From contig JASCQW010000098.1 of assembly GCA_030264375.1 (NCBI GenBank), forward strand, positions 61,888,238 to 61,952,237: a DNA stretch of 64,000 nt, given 5' to 3'. Shown here in pieces: positions 37,161 through 51,825 of this stretch (position 1 is the first letter of the stretch; every line of letters begins with the position of its first letter). The stretch comes from Carcharhinus longimanus (lineage: Eukaryota). The notes below the pieces were generated by a model, which saw nothing but the letters and a program-made list of their open reading frames with translations, did no database searches and was not told the DNA's origin. The translations under genes were made by a program, and so were the position numbers.

Positions 37161-40100
37161 TAGGTAATAAGGGTATCTTTTGATGTGATAATTTGATTGT
37201 AATTTAATTTGAGTAGTGATTCCGTAAGAGATGATTCAAGAAATAAATTTGTTAGAGTCAAACGACTTTGTGGCTCATGTGTCTGGTGTACAATGACGGT
37301 ACCTCGAAAAAATTGCAGAAAACCTTCGGTCTTTTTTAAACGTAGCATTTATTTATGAACCATAAATTAATCGCCATATAATTAAATTACACCTTTAAGA
37401 TCTAATGCCGTTATACGCTTAAAGGCTCGCGTTTATTTTAACTCCGAAAGTATGATGTAGGTTATGAATTTATATATGAAATCCTATTCTGTGCGATTTA
37501 TCTGTTGTTAGAAATAGGTAAGCCTTTGACCAAGCTCAACTCCCGTGTTGTGTCCTGATGTTTGTCCTGTGTCTTTTTCCTCTCATTTTTTAAGAGTCTC
37601 CAACATGTATGTTACAACAAGCCTTTGCTTCTGTTCGTTTGGGTTTTCCTGATTTTTCCTCCTTCCTTCCCACCCCCACCCCTCCCAAGCCACTGATTTT
37701 CCATATTTTTGAGAACACAAATTGACTTCATCGAAAGAAAATACCGGTCTTTATTCAGTCAGTTTGAAATAGAGTTATTTAACCAAAAAAAAGATTGGTG
37801 ATAACTGTTTGGGAGGAAAGTAAAGGATAATTCGAGAAGAGGTTCAGGCGCAGGTCACAGATTCATTGAATGAGCTGTGTTGGTATTGTTAGGCTGGCTT
37901 CCTTGAATATTTCTAGAATAAGACCCTGTGGAATAAGGATGTCTGGACGTATTTTTTTTAATCAAAGATGTCTAATAACTCCCTGTACAGTTCTGCTCAT
38001 AAATTCTTATTCAGGGAATATATTAAAATGGAAACCACAAATATGTTTATTAACATTGAATATTTCACCTACCCATGGACAAAGTTGTTAGCCGCTTACT
38101 TGATCTACAACAGCCCTTCTGGGATTTTTTTAACGCTGATATACTTTATAACAGTAACATCCCACTAAAAATCCAGTCACTGGAATCACAAATTACATAT
38201 TTTAATATTGTATTGCCGTTCAATATTATAGAGTGTATTTGTGTGAAACCTGGTTTAAAGTATTGTAAAAGATACCCAGTGAAATCCTTATGATATCGGC
38301 TTCTCCTTACTATTTGATAGTTTCACGTTCTTTCTAATGTCTGCTTAACACTGAAGGACGATATTATTAAGATTCCACCCGAGTTGTCTTATCTGTTACA
38401 AAATGTACTATCTACCCAGATATTTCCCAGTGTCAAAACGTTACGGGTTGGGGGTGGGGTGGCTGAGATGCTGGGCGCAAAGAGATATTTTAAATTATAC
38501 AATAACCACAAGAGGTGACGAGGCATGTTAGGTTGCTGGCATGCTCTGGGCTGAATTCTTTCTTTCAACAGCTCTGTATGTGACGTCAGTTAAGTGTTAT
38601 ATTGCAAATAGATCTTGGAAAACCTGACCATGTTGCCGTTATTATTATTATTTCCGCCGTAGCGCTGCGTCTTTTTAAGTGAGCTGTGTGTGCTGGGTCT
38701 ATCAGTAGAAAGTTGTAGGTCGGCGCAGGGTTGTGTTGGCACTTCTCAATCGCAGGACCAGAAATTGATAGGTGGAGGTTCACTGGCCGAATGGAAAATT
38801 TATCGGCAGCTGCGGTGACCAAGGAACAGCGTAAATAAGTGGCGCAGCGATATTAATGAATACTGGGGATTGTGAGAACATTAGGGTTTGTTGGTCAGAC
38901 AGAGTTCTGTTAGCAAATAATAACACGTGATTCCGTAAACCTTTTTTTGCACATAAACTGTGCTACTTGGTAGGAAATTATCACGGCTGCGTAAACCGTG
39001 CTGGGGGATGTTGATCCGTCTAGCGCTGGGTGGAATACGGAATGATTTATGTGTCAACCCCGAGTAATTAAAAACTCTGAAAAGCCAGCCTAGTCTCCGA
39101 TTTCTAAGTTTGATGTTTGCGGGTACATGAAGCGCGGAAGTCAGATTTTATGTCACGGTTGCATTAGATACTAGGAGAATCGCCAGACAATGGCATGGCA
39201 CAAGAGACATCATTTTATTATTTTCCATATTAGTTCACTTTATTCTGGAGAAGTTGCATGCAGGGCCCGCTTTGACCTGAAGCATTCATTGTGTTCAATT
39301 TTGTGAAGATCTAGTGGAAAAAATAGTTGAAATGTGTGGGGAAAGGTAGAATCGGGAGTAAATGTGACAAGAATGTAAACAATATTTTCGGATACTGCAT
39401 TGATTTGTATGATTCTATTATTCCGGCCTGGATCCGGGTTTTTTCAAATCTCTTTTTTTCTCTCTCAAATTTGTGCTTCATTATCTCGTTTCCTTAGCAC
39501 CAGCCCCTTTCGCTTATTTCATTTCTATATCCGTTAGCCTAAACCCCTCGAATGGTTACAATAAATTAAACATGTTGATCAGGAGATCCCTGCTGCGGAG
39601 ATATCAAGCTGCATTAATTCCTGTCTCCTTTATCTGTATCCTTCAGTGACACCTTTAACTATTCCCAGTCACCGGCGGTTCACAGTTACTCAGCTGCCCT
39701 AGCCCAAGTTTGCCTCTGACAGTGCAGAAGCCTCAATTGTCACTGTCTTTCTCCTTCCAAAACGTGTACTTATCATTTATTTACAGGGTGCATCAGCCCA
39801 TTAAAGTGCACGTCCAAAAGCTGTAGGAACATGGAATTCACACACGTGCACGGATTGTATATTCGTCCTTGTATTCCAGTCTTAACTTTTAGACTGATTG
39901 CTGAATCTATATCGTCCACTTGTTCCCTTTCTCGTGGTTTTAAAAGTTCTGCTTGAGGTAGTCATCGCTGTCGCTTTCATCCGTTGAAATCTATTGGCTT
40001 TTCTAGTACAATAGTCCCACCCGGGAGAGTGAATTGCAGAAAAGAGCTCGAGGTGCCGAGGTACATTTTAAAATAATTGGCGATTGTTTGGAGCTGAGAC

Positions 40101-41530
40101 AATCTCCCAGGCTCCTTTCCCCGCCAGTTTTTGAGTAGTGTTTGATGTGATTAGTCTTCAAAATAAGCAGTGAGCTACAGAAAAAAACATTCTGAAGTTA
40201 TCCAAACAATCCTTAGTTTATGTTGAAGTTGCACTGCCTTAATTAATCAAAACTCGCCAACTGGTGCAACAGGTGTATTTGGAACTGAACGGGTTCAGTT
40301 TCAGTAGCATTGATTTTGTAAGTTTGCCATATGTCTGTATTTTCATTTTTTAAAAAACACTCCTTTGTGTTGAACACGAATGGCTTGTATTTTAAACAAA
40401 TTTCCAAGCCTCTGCATACTTTGTTTTGTTTTAACTTAGACGGACATGGGGACAATCAGTGATATTGATGCCTGGTTGTGGGTTGTGTTGTTTAGAAATA
40501 CAGCAGAATCGGCGCCCAAAAGAAAAACACACACACGCATAAATTCAACTGGTGATTTTATCACATAACGAGTTTTAATCTTCAGGTTTTGGGGGTGGCA
40601 TCAGGAAAACACTTTCTAGTTTATCACCTTGCATTAACAAGGTGTGCAATAACTTAATCTACGCAACAGTTTGACAGCATGTTACACGTCAGTGGCAGAA
40701 TACATTGTGCAACAATAGTTCTTGAAGCTTGAGTAAGCGAGATTGACCACTGCGTGTTCCCATAATCGATCTTAATTATTATGAAGATATAAAATACGCG
40801 GTGTGCATACCTAATGCTGTGAGGGACCGTCTTGCTTACATACCAAGATCAAATGGATTTCAATTCTTTTAGAAAATAATATTGGATTATAATAGTGAGC
40901 ACTGAAAGGCGTGATGCACTGGTATTTCATCTGGTATTCTTTATCTTTTCAACCATGACTTTGTTGGGAACGGCGTTCAGCATTGCAGTAGTCTCATTTA
41001 AGCGCAAGTATATACTTGGATTGTTGTAAATCTAAGCTGCATTTTAATTGCGAGCCATAGAGACATATTCTGTTTCGAGTCAGAAGTGCTTGCACTCTGC
41101 TGAGACCGCCCGCTTCCCTATTGCAAAAAGGCTGCCGTTTCAGCTGTCACAGCTTCCCATTGATTTGCCCAAACCCTCCCCTTGAAGAATAACATTGCAA
41201 AAGTCACAGGTTTCTCTCTCCGTCCCAATTAACTTTATTTTTGGATGCATTCTCCCAAACATAGATAGAAAGGCGAGGGTTGCAACCCTGCTCACTTAAC
41301 ACGGGTTGCATCCCCCTGCTGCAGGACTTGGAGGCCTTCAGTGAGGGTGTCTGGCTGAACCAGTGCTGCCCGATCGCAGGGGAACTGCCTCTCGCACGCT
41401 GAGGCAGATACTGACCATCTTACAAGTTGTGTTTCTGGGCTCGACCTTTCAGTATAACTGGGGGAGGGGGCAAGGGGGGGCCTGGGGAGAGGGAAAAAAT
41501 CAAATTTCTCTGGTCGACTAGCCAACACCG

Positions 41531-41543
41531 GTTGCTTAGCAAC
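41531..41543. promoter_or_regulatory. RFX X-box palindrome
   Basis: GTTGCTTAGCAAC, with two full GTTGC/GCAAC half-sites. Confidence 0.55.
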
Positions 41544-42689
41544 AACATTCAAGTGGAGATGAAAGAATATGTATTTTTGTATTACTATTTATTGTTACAA
41601 CAATAATAATAAGATGACAGTTTGCCTGACTCATTTGACTGTAGTGTGTTTAATTCAAGCCGAGGGGGTATGTTCAGAAGTTGAGAGACCGAATAAAGTT
41701 GTAATTTTCTAGAACAAGGGAGATGTTGCTGGGATTCCAGTCGGATTCTGTTCGGTGACACTACACTATTCAGCAGCACTTCAAACCCCTGGTAGTAAAT
41801 TGACGTCCACAAGCATTAGATTTATTTCAAAAATTGGATTGTGAGTGTGCTTTCTGGGATACTTGATGAGTTCAGGTGGTGTCTGGCAATTAGGGATGGG
41901 CAATAAGTACCGACCTAGCCAACGAAGCCCTCTCCACGATTGAATGATAGTAATAAACAAGCCTCTCTGGTTATCACTTGTTATGCAGTAACGCGGGGTA
42001 CTCCTGAGGCGGCTTTCCATGTATCAGTGGCCAAACTGGGTGGGAATTGAACAGGTCACTCCATCTAGTAGCCCTGAAGCCGGGACTTGCGATAAAGCTG
42101 CATATAAGCCAGCGAGATTTCAAAACAAGGCACTTAAAGTGACCACTTTTTATTTATGATTAGCATGCTCTGCAAGCTACCTTTTGAATCTCCGAATTAC
42201 ACCGATTTCTTTTACTGACTTCAACCATTCCTTTATTTAACGGCTAGTGTCAGACTGGTTGCAGAAGCCAGGGCCACAAGCCTTCAATGCCTACTACATT
42301 GCATCTTCTTAAAGATCTACATTTAATTTGCCATATTCAAGATGGGATTGTTATTAGAAGTGCAGAGCTGGTATTGCTGAAGGCTCGGACACGTAAGAAC
42401 TAAGGCATGACTGTCCATAAATGCGATAGTTAAATTACTGCCTGGAAGCAGCGAGATACTGCCTCAGCACGCCAGCTTATCCCGTTGCAAATATTAAGTT
42501 GTACAGCTGAAGTTGGACCATTGTTGGCACTTTTCACTTTATGGTTAGGGATGCTTACTTTAAAAAAATTATTTGAAGTAGACTTGATTTTTCTTGATCA
42601 AGGGCTTCATGGACAGTTATTCTTTACACTTGGACGAATTGTTCCCACTCATGCCCAGCTTTTTGTCATTGTTTCAGAATAGCTTTTAA

Positions 42690-42782
42690 TGAGGTTGAAG
42701 ATCAGCCATGATGTTAGTGAATAACTGAGCAGGTTAAAGAAGCCATAGAGTCTACTCTTGTTCCTATTTCATTTGTTCCTAT
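42690..42782 (+). mobile_element. Old CR1 3' tail remnant
   Basis: gatcagccatgatg...gagcagg...ctactcttgttcctatttc. Confidence 0.55.
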
Positions 42783-45700
42783 AGCTAGAAGGCTGAGTTA
42801 AATGGTGCAGCAATGCTCACTGCTTCTAATCATTTGATAATTGGATTTGATACTTGGACCTTTATCGTCCAAAAGTAATTATTAGATATGATAGTGTAAC
42901 GGATCTGGGTTTGAAGTGGTACAGTGCGTGGCACTCACAGAAAACTATTTTCAAGAAAAAAATCGGAATTTTGAGCGAATGGATCGGCGGCCCGTGTGGG
43001 ATCAGCCGTGCCTCTGCAGAAGTAGGAAGTTCTTTGTTCAAGATGCACTGTTGCACCAGAGGGGAGACAACCTGACTTTGTACAAACTTTATTACAGACC
43101 TTAAAGGTATGTTTCTGCACTCTTGTTGCTTGAATCAACTGCCGATCCCACAGCATTGATGCATTTTGTAGAATTTCCACTTGCTAGTTTCATAAAACCA
43201 CATTGTTGGTTTTTTGGTGTCATGTCAGTATGTGTGATTTCCCGAACCAAAATGTCAATTATGTAAACAAAACTTCCTTAATGTTTCTTTTATTGCACAC
43301 ATCACAGATTGGTTACAGCTGTACTATTTACACATGTCAACGTGACCTTACAAATTATTACTCCAAAATACAATATAAGTGCGCGTTTTCTAAGCTTGCG
43401 TCAACTGCATATCGTTCTCCTATCTTTCTTTAGTCATAGCTGACTTTACCCAAATACTGTATATGGCAAATTATTGATTCAGATGCAATAAGCCAAATAC
43501 AAAGGTACTTCAAACTTTTTGTTATTGCTTCTAGTTCGATGCTGAGATTAACTATCACAGCGGTGCAGTGGAAATAATGGGAATGTGTTTTGTAATATTC
43601 CATGACCTGCCTTTTAACTCATGATATCGGTCGGTTTGGAAAGTGGTGAGAATTAGTACATGGAGGAGCAGAATATCAAAGTTAAGGCAATTCTGGCGAG
43701 AGAGACAAAGATGACAGAATTAAGAGTGGGGGAGGGACAGGGAACATTTGAGACCTCAGCCAGTCCCGGGGCGGATTAACCCTTTCGACCGTAGACTTCA
43801 CATGCAAATTATACCACAAATGTTATTGTTTCAATGTTTCCAGGATACTCTCGGACGTTAAGTTAACTTCGTCATAAATAATACTTTCTTAGAGAATTGA
43901 AGAACTGGAAGGAAGGATATCTTCTTCAGCTTTCTTTTGGCGAGTGAAAATGCAAGATTTGTATTCATTGGTTAGAAACATTATCTGTAATATCGGATAA
44001 TTACTGTGATGTCCTCCTATGTCCCATTCAATGTGCACTAAAAGGTGAATCTCGACATTAAGATGATCAGATTCATGTATTGCTTTGTAATGAAACATTT
44101 GATATTAAAGTAAATTTCAATGTGAGTGATCAGGATGAGGATTGTGTTGAGCTTTATGGAATGTTTTGTCTAGCAGGAGTATTGTTCTTGAACTGATGAG
44201 GTAGGTGAGTTCAACGTTGTCACTGTTTCTAATATTTGTAATTCTTGTATGTTCATTAACTCTTGTGAGGTTACTCTTTGCCATAATGTAAGAAGGTAAT
44301 CTGCAATAGGAGTGCATTGATTACCAGGCGGAAGGAACCAACAACGCAAATTCCTAACGGAGCATACGAGACTTGTAAAGGTATACCATAGAGAACACTG
44401 TGGCACTCAGCAACATGTGCACAAAAATGGTGATGTGGGGCAAAATGCGTGCATAGAACAGCATGCACACTGCCTGGTTTCTATTCTTATGAACAAAAAT
44501 GCAGCTCGACATGTGTGTACACAATACATAATCAATAGGCCAGATTGTACACTCATTCATTATGGACATTCATTATGAAACATGCTCATTAGTATGAGTA
44601 TGATACATATGAGAGCAATGTGGAGGAACATGAAGGGGTGTACAGTTAACAGTGAGTCTTAAATCTTGGTTTTGTGATGACATTGAATGAAATTGGTATG
44701 AAATGCTTGAACAGATGCCTAACAGCGCACTTTTTTTTCTTAAATTGCTCTTCACAATGGACAGCATATGCCCTTTGCTATAGCTCCATTATATTCTGCT
44801 GCAGAATTTCACGTGACACCGAATGATTGGTCAAGTCTGAGTGGAACAGGTATGTGCAATTTGAAATGCATTTTGAAGTTACTTTGAGTCTGGCGAGTTG
44901 TGTCCTCTAGATTGCTTAGGTCTCAATAAAACAGAGAATCCTTGCAGTAGGGATGTGTTGAACGAGGATGGCATTTCTTGAGTGCAACAGAACTTGTTTG
45001 GAAAAAGTATGGGTTTTTTATAAGAAATGTAGAGAAGGCGAGTTCGGATATTGTAGCCGCTGTTGTTCTTCAGGGTTTGGATCGAAAACATTTTCAGTCT
45101 CTGAGAGCCTAAGTCTCTTTGGCACAAATAATGATGTTAACAGTATCTTACACGTACAAGGATGTTTCATCCGCTATCACCATTGTCCACAAATTGTTTT
45201 AATAATTCTGTCAGCGCTAACAAATTTCAGTGTGCTGACTGTCTTTATATCAGTTCGATTTTGATATTAATTCGTTAAACATTACCGTTCCGACAAGCCA
45301 GAGTAAACAAAGCGTTTTGAATCCCACACTCTTCACCTCGCTGCATGTACTGTGCATCTCAACCAAAACCTATGGGAAGAAAGACTCCTTCGAGAGCTGC
45401 CCCCTCCCTCGCCTTCTGGTTATGTATCTCAATTGCAATGTTATTTTCCCAATAATATTCCACTAATTAAAAAATGTGCCTAGTCCCACATATTTCCCTC
45501 ATCTTGCTTGTTAATATTCAGCGCACCAGAATTAGAATATATGTGCAGTTTCTTTTCTTTGAAAAAAATGTATTTTCTTTCGGTGAGCGAAATCTTAGTA
45601 TTCTCAAAGGTTAGTACTTAGCAGAATTAAATATGACTGGTTAGTGTCAATAATTAGGGCATGAGCCCTTTTTTGAATTTTAACTCAATTCTTTTTCCCA

Positions 45701-45879
45701 CAAAATCAACACAGTTGCACCAAATTACAACATGTGCAAGTATTCGGGGAAATAAATAGGCTAAGCGTAGCCAGCTTCTATATCTGAGCTTATTACTGTG
45801 GCTAAAAGTCTCTGTGCCTTAAACCACGCTGAGAATTCAACCCCTGCATAGTTGAACTAGTGTCCCTCGCCAAACTATT

Positions 45880-47290
45880 CCAATACAACTCCAAACCTGG
45901 CATTGCCCAGCACTGTATTGTCCACAAAAAAGCAAGGCAAATCCAATCCAGCCAAACACTCCCCCATCAGTCTACTCTAAACCATCGGCAAAGTGATAGA
46001 AAGGATCTAGCACCTGGTCAGCATTGCTCAGTTTAAGTTCCCTTAGGACCACTCGACTATAGATCATATTGCAGTCTTGGTACAGGCATGGACAAAAGAG
46101 TTGAATTCCAGGGGTGGGGCGAGAGTAACTGCCCTTGACACCAAGGCAGCATTTGATGAAGTGTGATATCAATTAACCCAAATATTATTGTGAGGGAATG
46201 GGGGCTTGGGATTCAGAACTGGTTGGAGCCATACCTATCACAGAGGAAAATAGTTGTGATGGTTACAGATCAATCACTTCAGTCGCAGGATATCACTGCA
46301 CGAGTTCCCCAGGGCAGCGCCATAGGCCCAACTATCTTTAGCTGCAATGACTCTCTCTCTCTATATATCATAAGGTCTGAAGTGAGGATGTTTGCTGATA
46401 ATGAACAGTGATCAGTTCCATTCACAACTCCTCAGATAATGGAATGGTCTCTGCCTACTTCGCGGCATGACCCCTTCACCTTTCAGGGTTTGGGCTGATA
46501 ATTGGCAAGTGATATTCACATTGCAGCACAAGTGTCAGGCAATAACCATCTCCAACAGGAGAGAATCCAACCATCACCTCTTGACATTCAATTGCATTGC
46601 CATCACTGAACCCCCAACCACCTACCCAATTATTAACATTCTGGGTCCGGGGGGAGACGTTACCAGGGGCCAGAAAATGAAATAGACCAGCCATAGGAAG
46701 AACTGTGGCTATAAAGCAGATCAAAAGTTGTGTATTCTGAAACAAGTGGCTCATCTACTTCCCCACAGCCGATCTACAAGGTATAAGTGAGGAGGGTGAT
46801 GAACCCCCCCCCCCCCACCCCCGCAACTTGTCTGGNNNNNNNNNNNNAGCCCCAACAACACTCAATAAGTTCAACTCCATTCAGGACAAAGCAACCCGCT
46901 TGATTGGCATCTCCTCCACCACTGGCACCATGTTGTCACGCATTTACAAAAATGCACTGTAGTAACTCGCCAATGCATCTTTGACAGCACTTCCCAGTTC
47001 TTCGATTTCACCCACCTGGAGCGACAAAGGCAGCCGGCACATGGGAACACTATTACCCTCAATTTCCCCTCAAAGTCACATACCACCCTGATTTGGAAAA
47101 ACATCCAGTCGTCGTTTATCCTCACTGGGTGGAAATCCTGCAACTCTCTACCTAACAGTACCGTGTGGGCGTCTCTTCAGCACACGGGCTGCAGCGCTTG
47201 CAGAAGGAGAATGACCGCCACCTTTTCAAAGGCAATTAGGAATGCACAATAAATGCTTGTGTTGCCAGTGCCGCCTACATCCCTGTATTT
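45880..47290 (+). mobile_element. CR1-like LINE 3' fragment (RT relic and 3'UTR)
   Basis: Translates to QDITARVPQGSAIGPTIFSC...EVRMFADN. Colinear with 10005-11525. Confidence 0.88.
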
Positions 47291-48494
47291 GTTTCTATGT
47301 ACAGATGGTAGGCAGCGTACACTGCAACCATGCAGTATGTTGAAATCTAAAACATTTTGCTTTCAATCCATATTACACTTGTTTTCACTATAAGTTACAA
47401 ACATAATAACAGTGAATCTCTCAAACATTTCTGAGCGGCACAGCAAACTTTACAAGAGTTCGGTGATTTGGGAAGCACGTAATGGAGAGAAATGCCTAAT
47501 GTGAACTGTAGAAACCTCGATCATTCCAGTAACCGAAAAAACACTTTAATACTAGCCAAAAACCGGTAGGCAATGATGCCAAAGATGAATTCTTGTACAG
47601 CTATTGCTTTTCTCTTTTGCTCAAAATGACGTTGAATATTGTTAGAATGTTCAAACATATTTTTTCTTCGGACAATGTGTCCAATTGGCGTTCGGTTCCG
47701 AAAGGGGGTTTGGGGTGTGTTGCCTACAAGTAAGAACAGCTGTTGAGAACAATGGAGTTCAATTTCAGCGGTTACAAACGTTCCAGATAGTTTGTTTCAG
47801 TGCTCACGGACACATGGTGAGTGCATTGTGTAGTGATCACTCCGTTAGCCTGAAGTAAAATGGATGTGTACCATCGTCAGAAAGCTGGCTACATTCCGGA
47901 AACCAGGGGATTTCGCAGCACGCAAAAGACTCCTTTAAAACGAGTTGCACGCGACGCCGTTCTTTCAACGTAACATCCATGTAGGTTGCAGACAGACGTT
48001 TGCCTGAGGTGTCTAGCACATCCTATACCCCTTATAAACACATTTCTGGCATTTCGCTGTGGAAATGGATGACCTAGGTGGTTCTCAGGCGTGTTTAGGT
48101 TAGCCTTTTCCAAAGAAACGAGGTTGGGTTTAACTTTCCAATGTAGTACAGTTCTGTAAGGCAGAATGTTAAGTGAGGAGGGTGGTGACTGATTAGATTT
48201 GCAACATTTATTGATTTGTATAGACTGAAGACTTGGGCAATGCGACAGTTAGGCAGCTGCTTGTTGGGTGGCGTTGGAGAGCAATAGTCAAGAAACTGTT
48301 AATCTCCGTCGCCCCACAAATCGACAGTTCTGCGACTATAAAACCAAACTCAGACCAGGGGGATGGAAGGTTAAACTGCAACGTCAGTTTTTTTTTAATA
48401 TATAGCATCTCTACTATGTGTCTTAAAGCACAATGTCCTCACCAGACAACTAACTTATTCGTTTACACGGATACCTGATGAGAGTCGATTAATG

Positions 48495-48902
48495 CGGCAC
48501 CGTGGTTAGCACTTTTGCCTCACAGTGCCAGGGACCTGGATTCAAATCCGGCCTCGGCTCACTGTGTGGAGTTTGCACATTCTCCCCATGTCTGCGTGGG
48601 TTTCCTCCGGTTGCTTCGGTTTCCTCCCACACCCAAAGCAGGATGTGCGGCTAGGTGGACTGGCCATGCTAAATTAGCCCTTAGTGTCACCGGGACGAGC
48701 TAGGGTAAATGCATTGGGTNNNNNNNNNNCGGTTGCTTCGGTTTCCTCCTACAGTCCAAAGATGCGCGGGTTAGGTTGATTGGCTAATCTAAATTGCCCT
48801 TTAATGTCAAGGGTTCTAGCAGGGTGGATAAATTCGGAATAGGGCCTCGGCAGGATTGTGGTCCGTGCAGACTCCTTTTGCACTGCAGGGATTCTATGAT
48901 TC
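48495..48902 (+). mobile_element. V-SINE(s) (HE1-like) with an internal gap and a duplicated segment
   Basis: Head ggcaccgtggttagcac and V-domain present. cggttgcttcggtttcctcc appears on both sides of the N run. Confidence 0.85.
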
Positions 48903-51408
48903 TAGTGCAGGTAAATCTTCGAATCTTAAAGAAATGTGTAGAAGTAAATCCTTCCCCCACTGTGTCTGTGATTGCCGAAAGAAACTAAACGGCTTAATCC
49001 CATTTCCTGTTTTTGGTTACTAGGTAGGTAAAGGCACTCCAAGTGCATGTCTAAGTACTTTCCAGATTAGATCAGGGGTTTCCGTCACTATCACTCTCAC
49101 TTCACACTTCGATCATTTCTTGGGTGAAAACATTTCTCCTCGACTCACCTCTAATCCTTCCACCAATTACTTTAAATCTATCTCCTCTCTGGCTAAGGGA
49201 AATGGGTTCTCCCTATTCACTCTACCTAAGCCCCCTCACAATTCAATTAATTAAGTCTCTCCTTCACCGCTTCTGTTTCAAAATCCCTACAAATGTCGAA
49301 CTGATTGTCAATAAATATTAGATTGCCACGAGCATTGTTTTTTGTTGTAAAGAGAATCCTGCTGGAACCAGTACATGCTTTTCAGTCATTGCTCAGAATC
49401 CAATGCTTGAGTCAGACAGCAATGCAAGTCTTCCTACTTGGGACAATGGCTGTCGTTGGTTTCTGTAAACCGGAGATCCCGTCAACCATTTTAAGGACGA
49501 ATGGAATTCTGAAAAGTGTACATAAAGTGAGGCAATCCTTCACTGAAGGAGGAAGTAGTTTCCACCTGAGTTTGGAAGAGGTCAGCTGGTGGCTGACGAA
49601 GCTAGCAGCTGGTAATCGATGTCCAATAGTTGGCAATGATGTGTCGGGGCTCCATCACAGATTACTTTAATTAAACTTCAATCACATAGTGGAATGGATA
49701 TAATCTAATTGAATATTTGTGTTTAGTTTTCTTTAGATTGACCATTTCGAGTCATTGGCTTTTCCCCTCTTTCCTTCTTCTTGCTTGCCAGCATCTTATT
49801 GAATGGGTAGATATGTTTGGGCACAATGGGGACAGAGTATTAGGGCTAAACTCTCGCAAAGAGCTGAACACACAAATTTCTTCCTTCTGCGCTGTGCCAG
49901 CCTATGATTGTGTGGCTCTAAATCCATTGTGTGACATGATGTGAAGGGGGAGGGGATGATACCATGACTGACCTCTGCCGGTGCTGCACTGACTGTGAAC
50001 ATTAAGAAGTGAGTACATGTAATATCCCAGTAATATTCATGTTATTTGACACAACCAAATCGATTTATGAATGTATTATAGCTTGAATTGTTGACATGTT
50101 CTATCAATATTTATCAAAAGCCATGTGCTATACTTAAATAATAAAATTGCGAAGATTGTTTACACCTTTATTATGTGTAAAAGTTTGTTTTCTCTGTATA
50201 TGTATTACCAATTATAATATGCTTAACTTCATCATGATAGTCATTTTCACCGGAATTGGCTGGTACATAGCATACTAGCACTTTGCGGTCTAATTTGTCT
50301 CGCTAGTATGATACTTTATGCGTTGTCTGAGAGTATCAGTCCTTCTGTTTTTTCACCCATCTTCTTTAGTTCACTTGCTGCTGACAAAGCAAATGGTTGT
50401 CCTGCCTTTAGATCTATTTCTACTGTCTTCTTATGCTGGGATATTTACTAGGAAGCACCCAACGGTCACAATCACCTGGGGAACAATTTTCCCTTCGAAT
50501 GGTCTACCCTCCCAGGAATGCGTCTGCCTCTCTTGATGCAGCAGAACGGTTGAGATAAGGGAGATGGAATCTGCGTGCCAACACCGTTATGATTGTGAGT
50601 GTGCATCGCCAGACCATCTGTTCTGGTCGTTCCCGAAAACTTCCGATCGCCGCCTTAAGATGTGATATTCGTCAGCTGTGTCTTAATAAATATGCAAACC
50701 ATTTATGCAAACCTTTTACAAATGAACAGAAAGTGTTCACCTCGAGTGTTACATATAACCTGGGCAAATTATATATATGTATGTGTATATATAGCATGGG
50801 CGTGGCATTGTATATATGGCGTGCGGTAAGATGTTACAAACAGCGTGGTGAATGTCTTACCTGGTTTCTCTCTCAAGTGTGGGTAATTGTGTTACATATA
50901 GTATGATGAGTGGGTCAATGTAGTGAGAGGAATTGCATCATTGAAGAATGGTGTGACTATTATGAAGAAGGGTGTATATGCAGGTGAGTGATTTATATTT
51001 ACAATGTAGAAATCGTATCATATACGGTTTGAAATATATGCAAACAGAGAATCGTACATAAACTACATTGATAATGGTATTGCATATACAGCAGCCAGTA
51101 TATGCAATATAATTTAAAAAATGGATGTTATATGAAAATAAATGGATGATAATATTGCATAGATTATAAAATATCATATTATATAGCGGGGGGAGCTATG
51201 TTACTTATACTGCGTGGTATAATATCTACAATACAAGGCTGTGTGGGAAGAGTCTGAAAATGAACATAGTGGGAATGGATACAATGTGAGAGATTGAGTT
51301 GCATCAAATAGAGGAACAATGTTACATTTAGTGTAGAGAACTTTATATTCTGGAATTGAAACTATATTGCATATCGTATTGGTTACACATAAACATTTAC
51401 TTATAAAA

Positions 51409-51479
51409 GAACATAAGAACATAAGAAATAGGAGCAGGAGTAGGCCATCTGGCCCTTCGAGCCTGCCCCGCCATTCAAT
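51409..51479 (-). mobile_element. Young CR1 3' tail at a gap
   Basis: Near-identical to 2337-2412. Confidence 0.85.
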
Positions 51480-51825
51480 NNNNNNNNNNNNNNNNNNNNN
51501 NNNNNNTGTTGCTGGTGCCATTCTGGAGTGAGTTTCTATGTCAATATGTTTGACGTTACAATTGATACAAAGATTGTGTAACAAACTGTCGCCAAATACA
51601 ATTGATCAACCACCTCTGAAGCATTGGCTGTCATTTCATTCCATTCATAGCTACCCGTCATTGTCCATAAATCGCGGTGTGCGGAGAATTTTCATTTAGC
51701 ATTTTGCAATGTGGTGAAATTTCCTGGGTGTTTTGAACTGTGGGGAGTTCTTATTGTGATAATACCCCGAAGATGACGTGAAACACTACTGGTAAGTTAG
51801 CTGAGGTAACAAAAGTCACCAAAGC

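Noticed and set aside
47176-47198. REST/NRSE-like TTCAGCAC...
   Set aside because: The right half-site and spacing do not match, and it lies inside a LINE 3'UTR.
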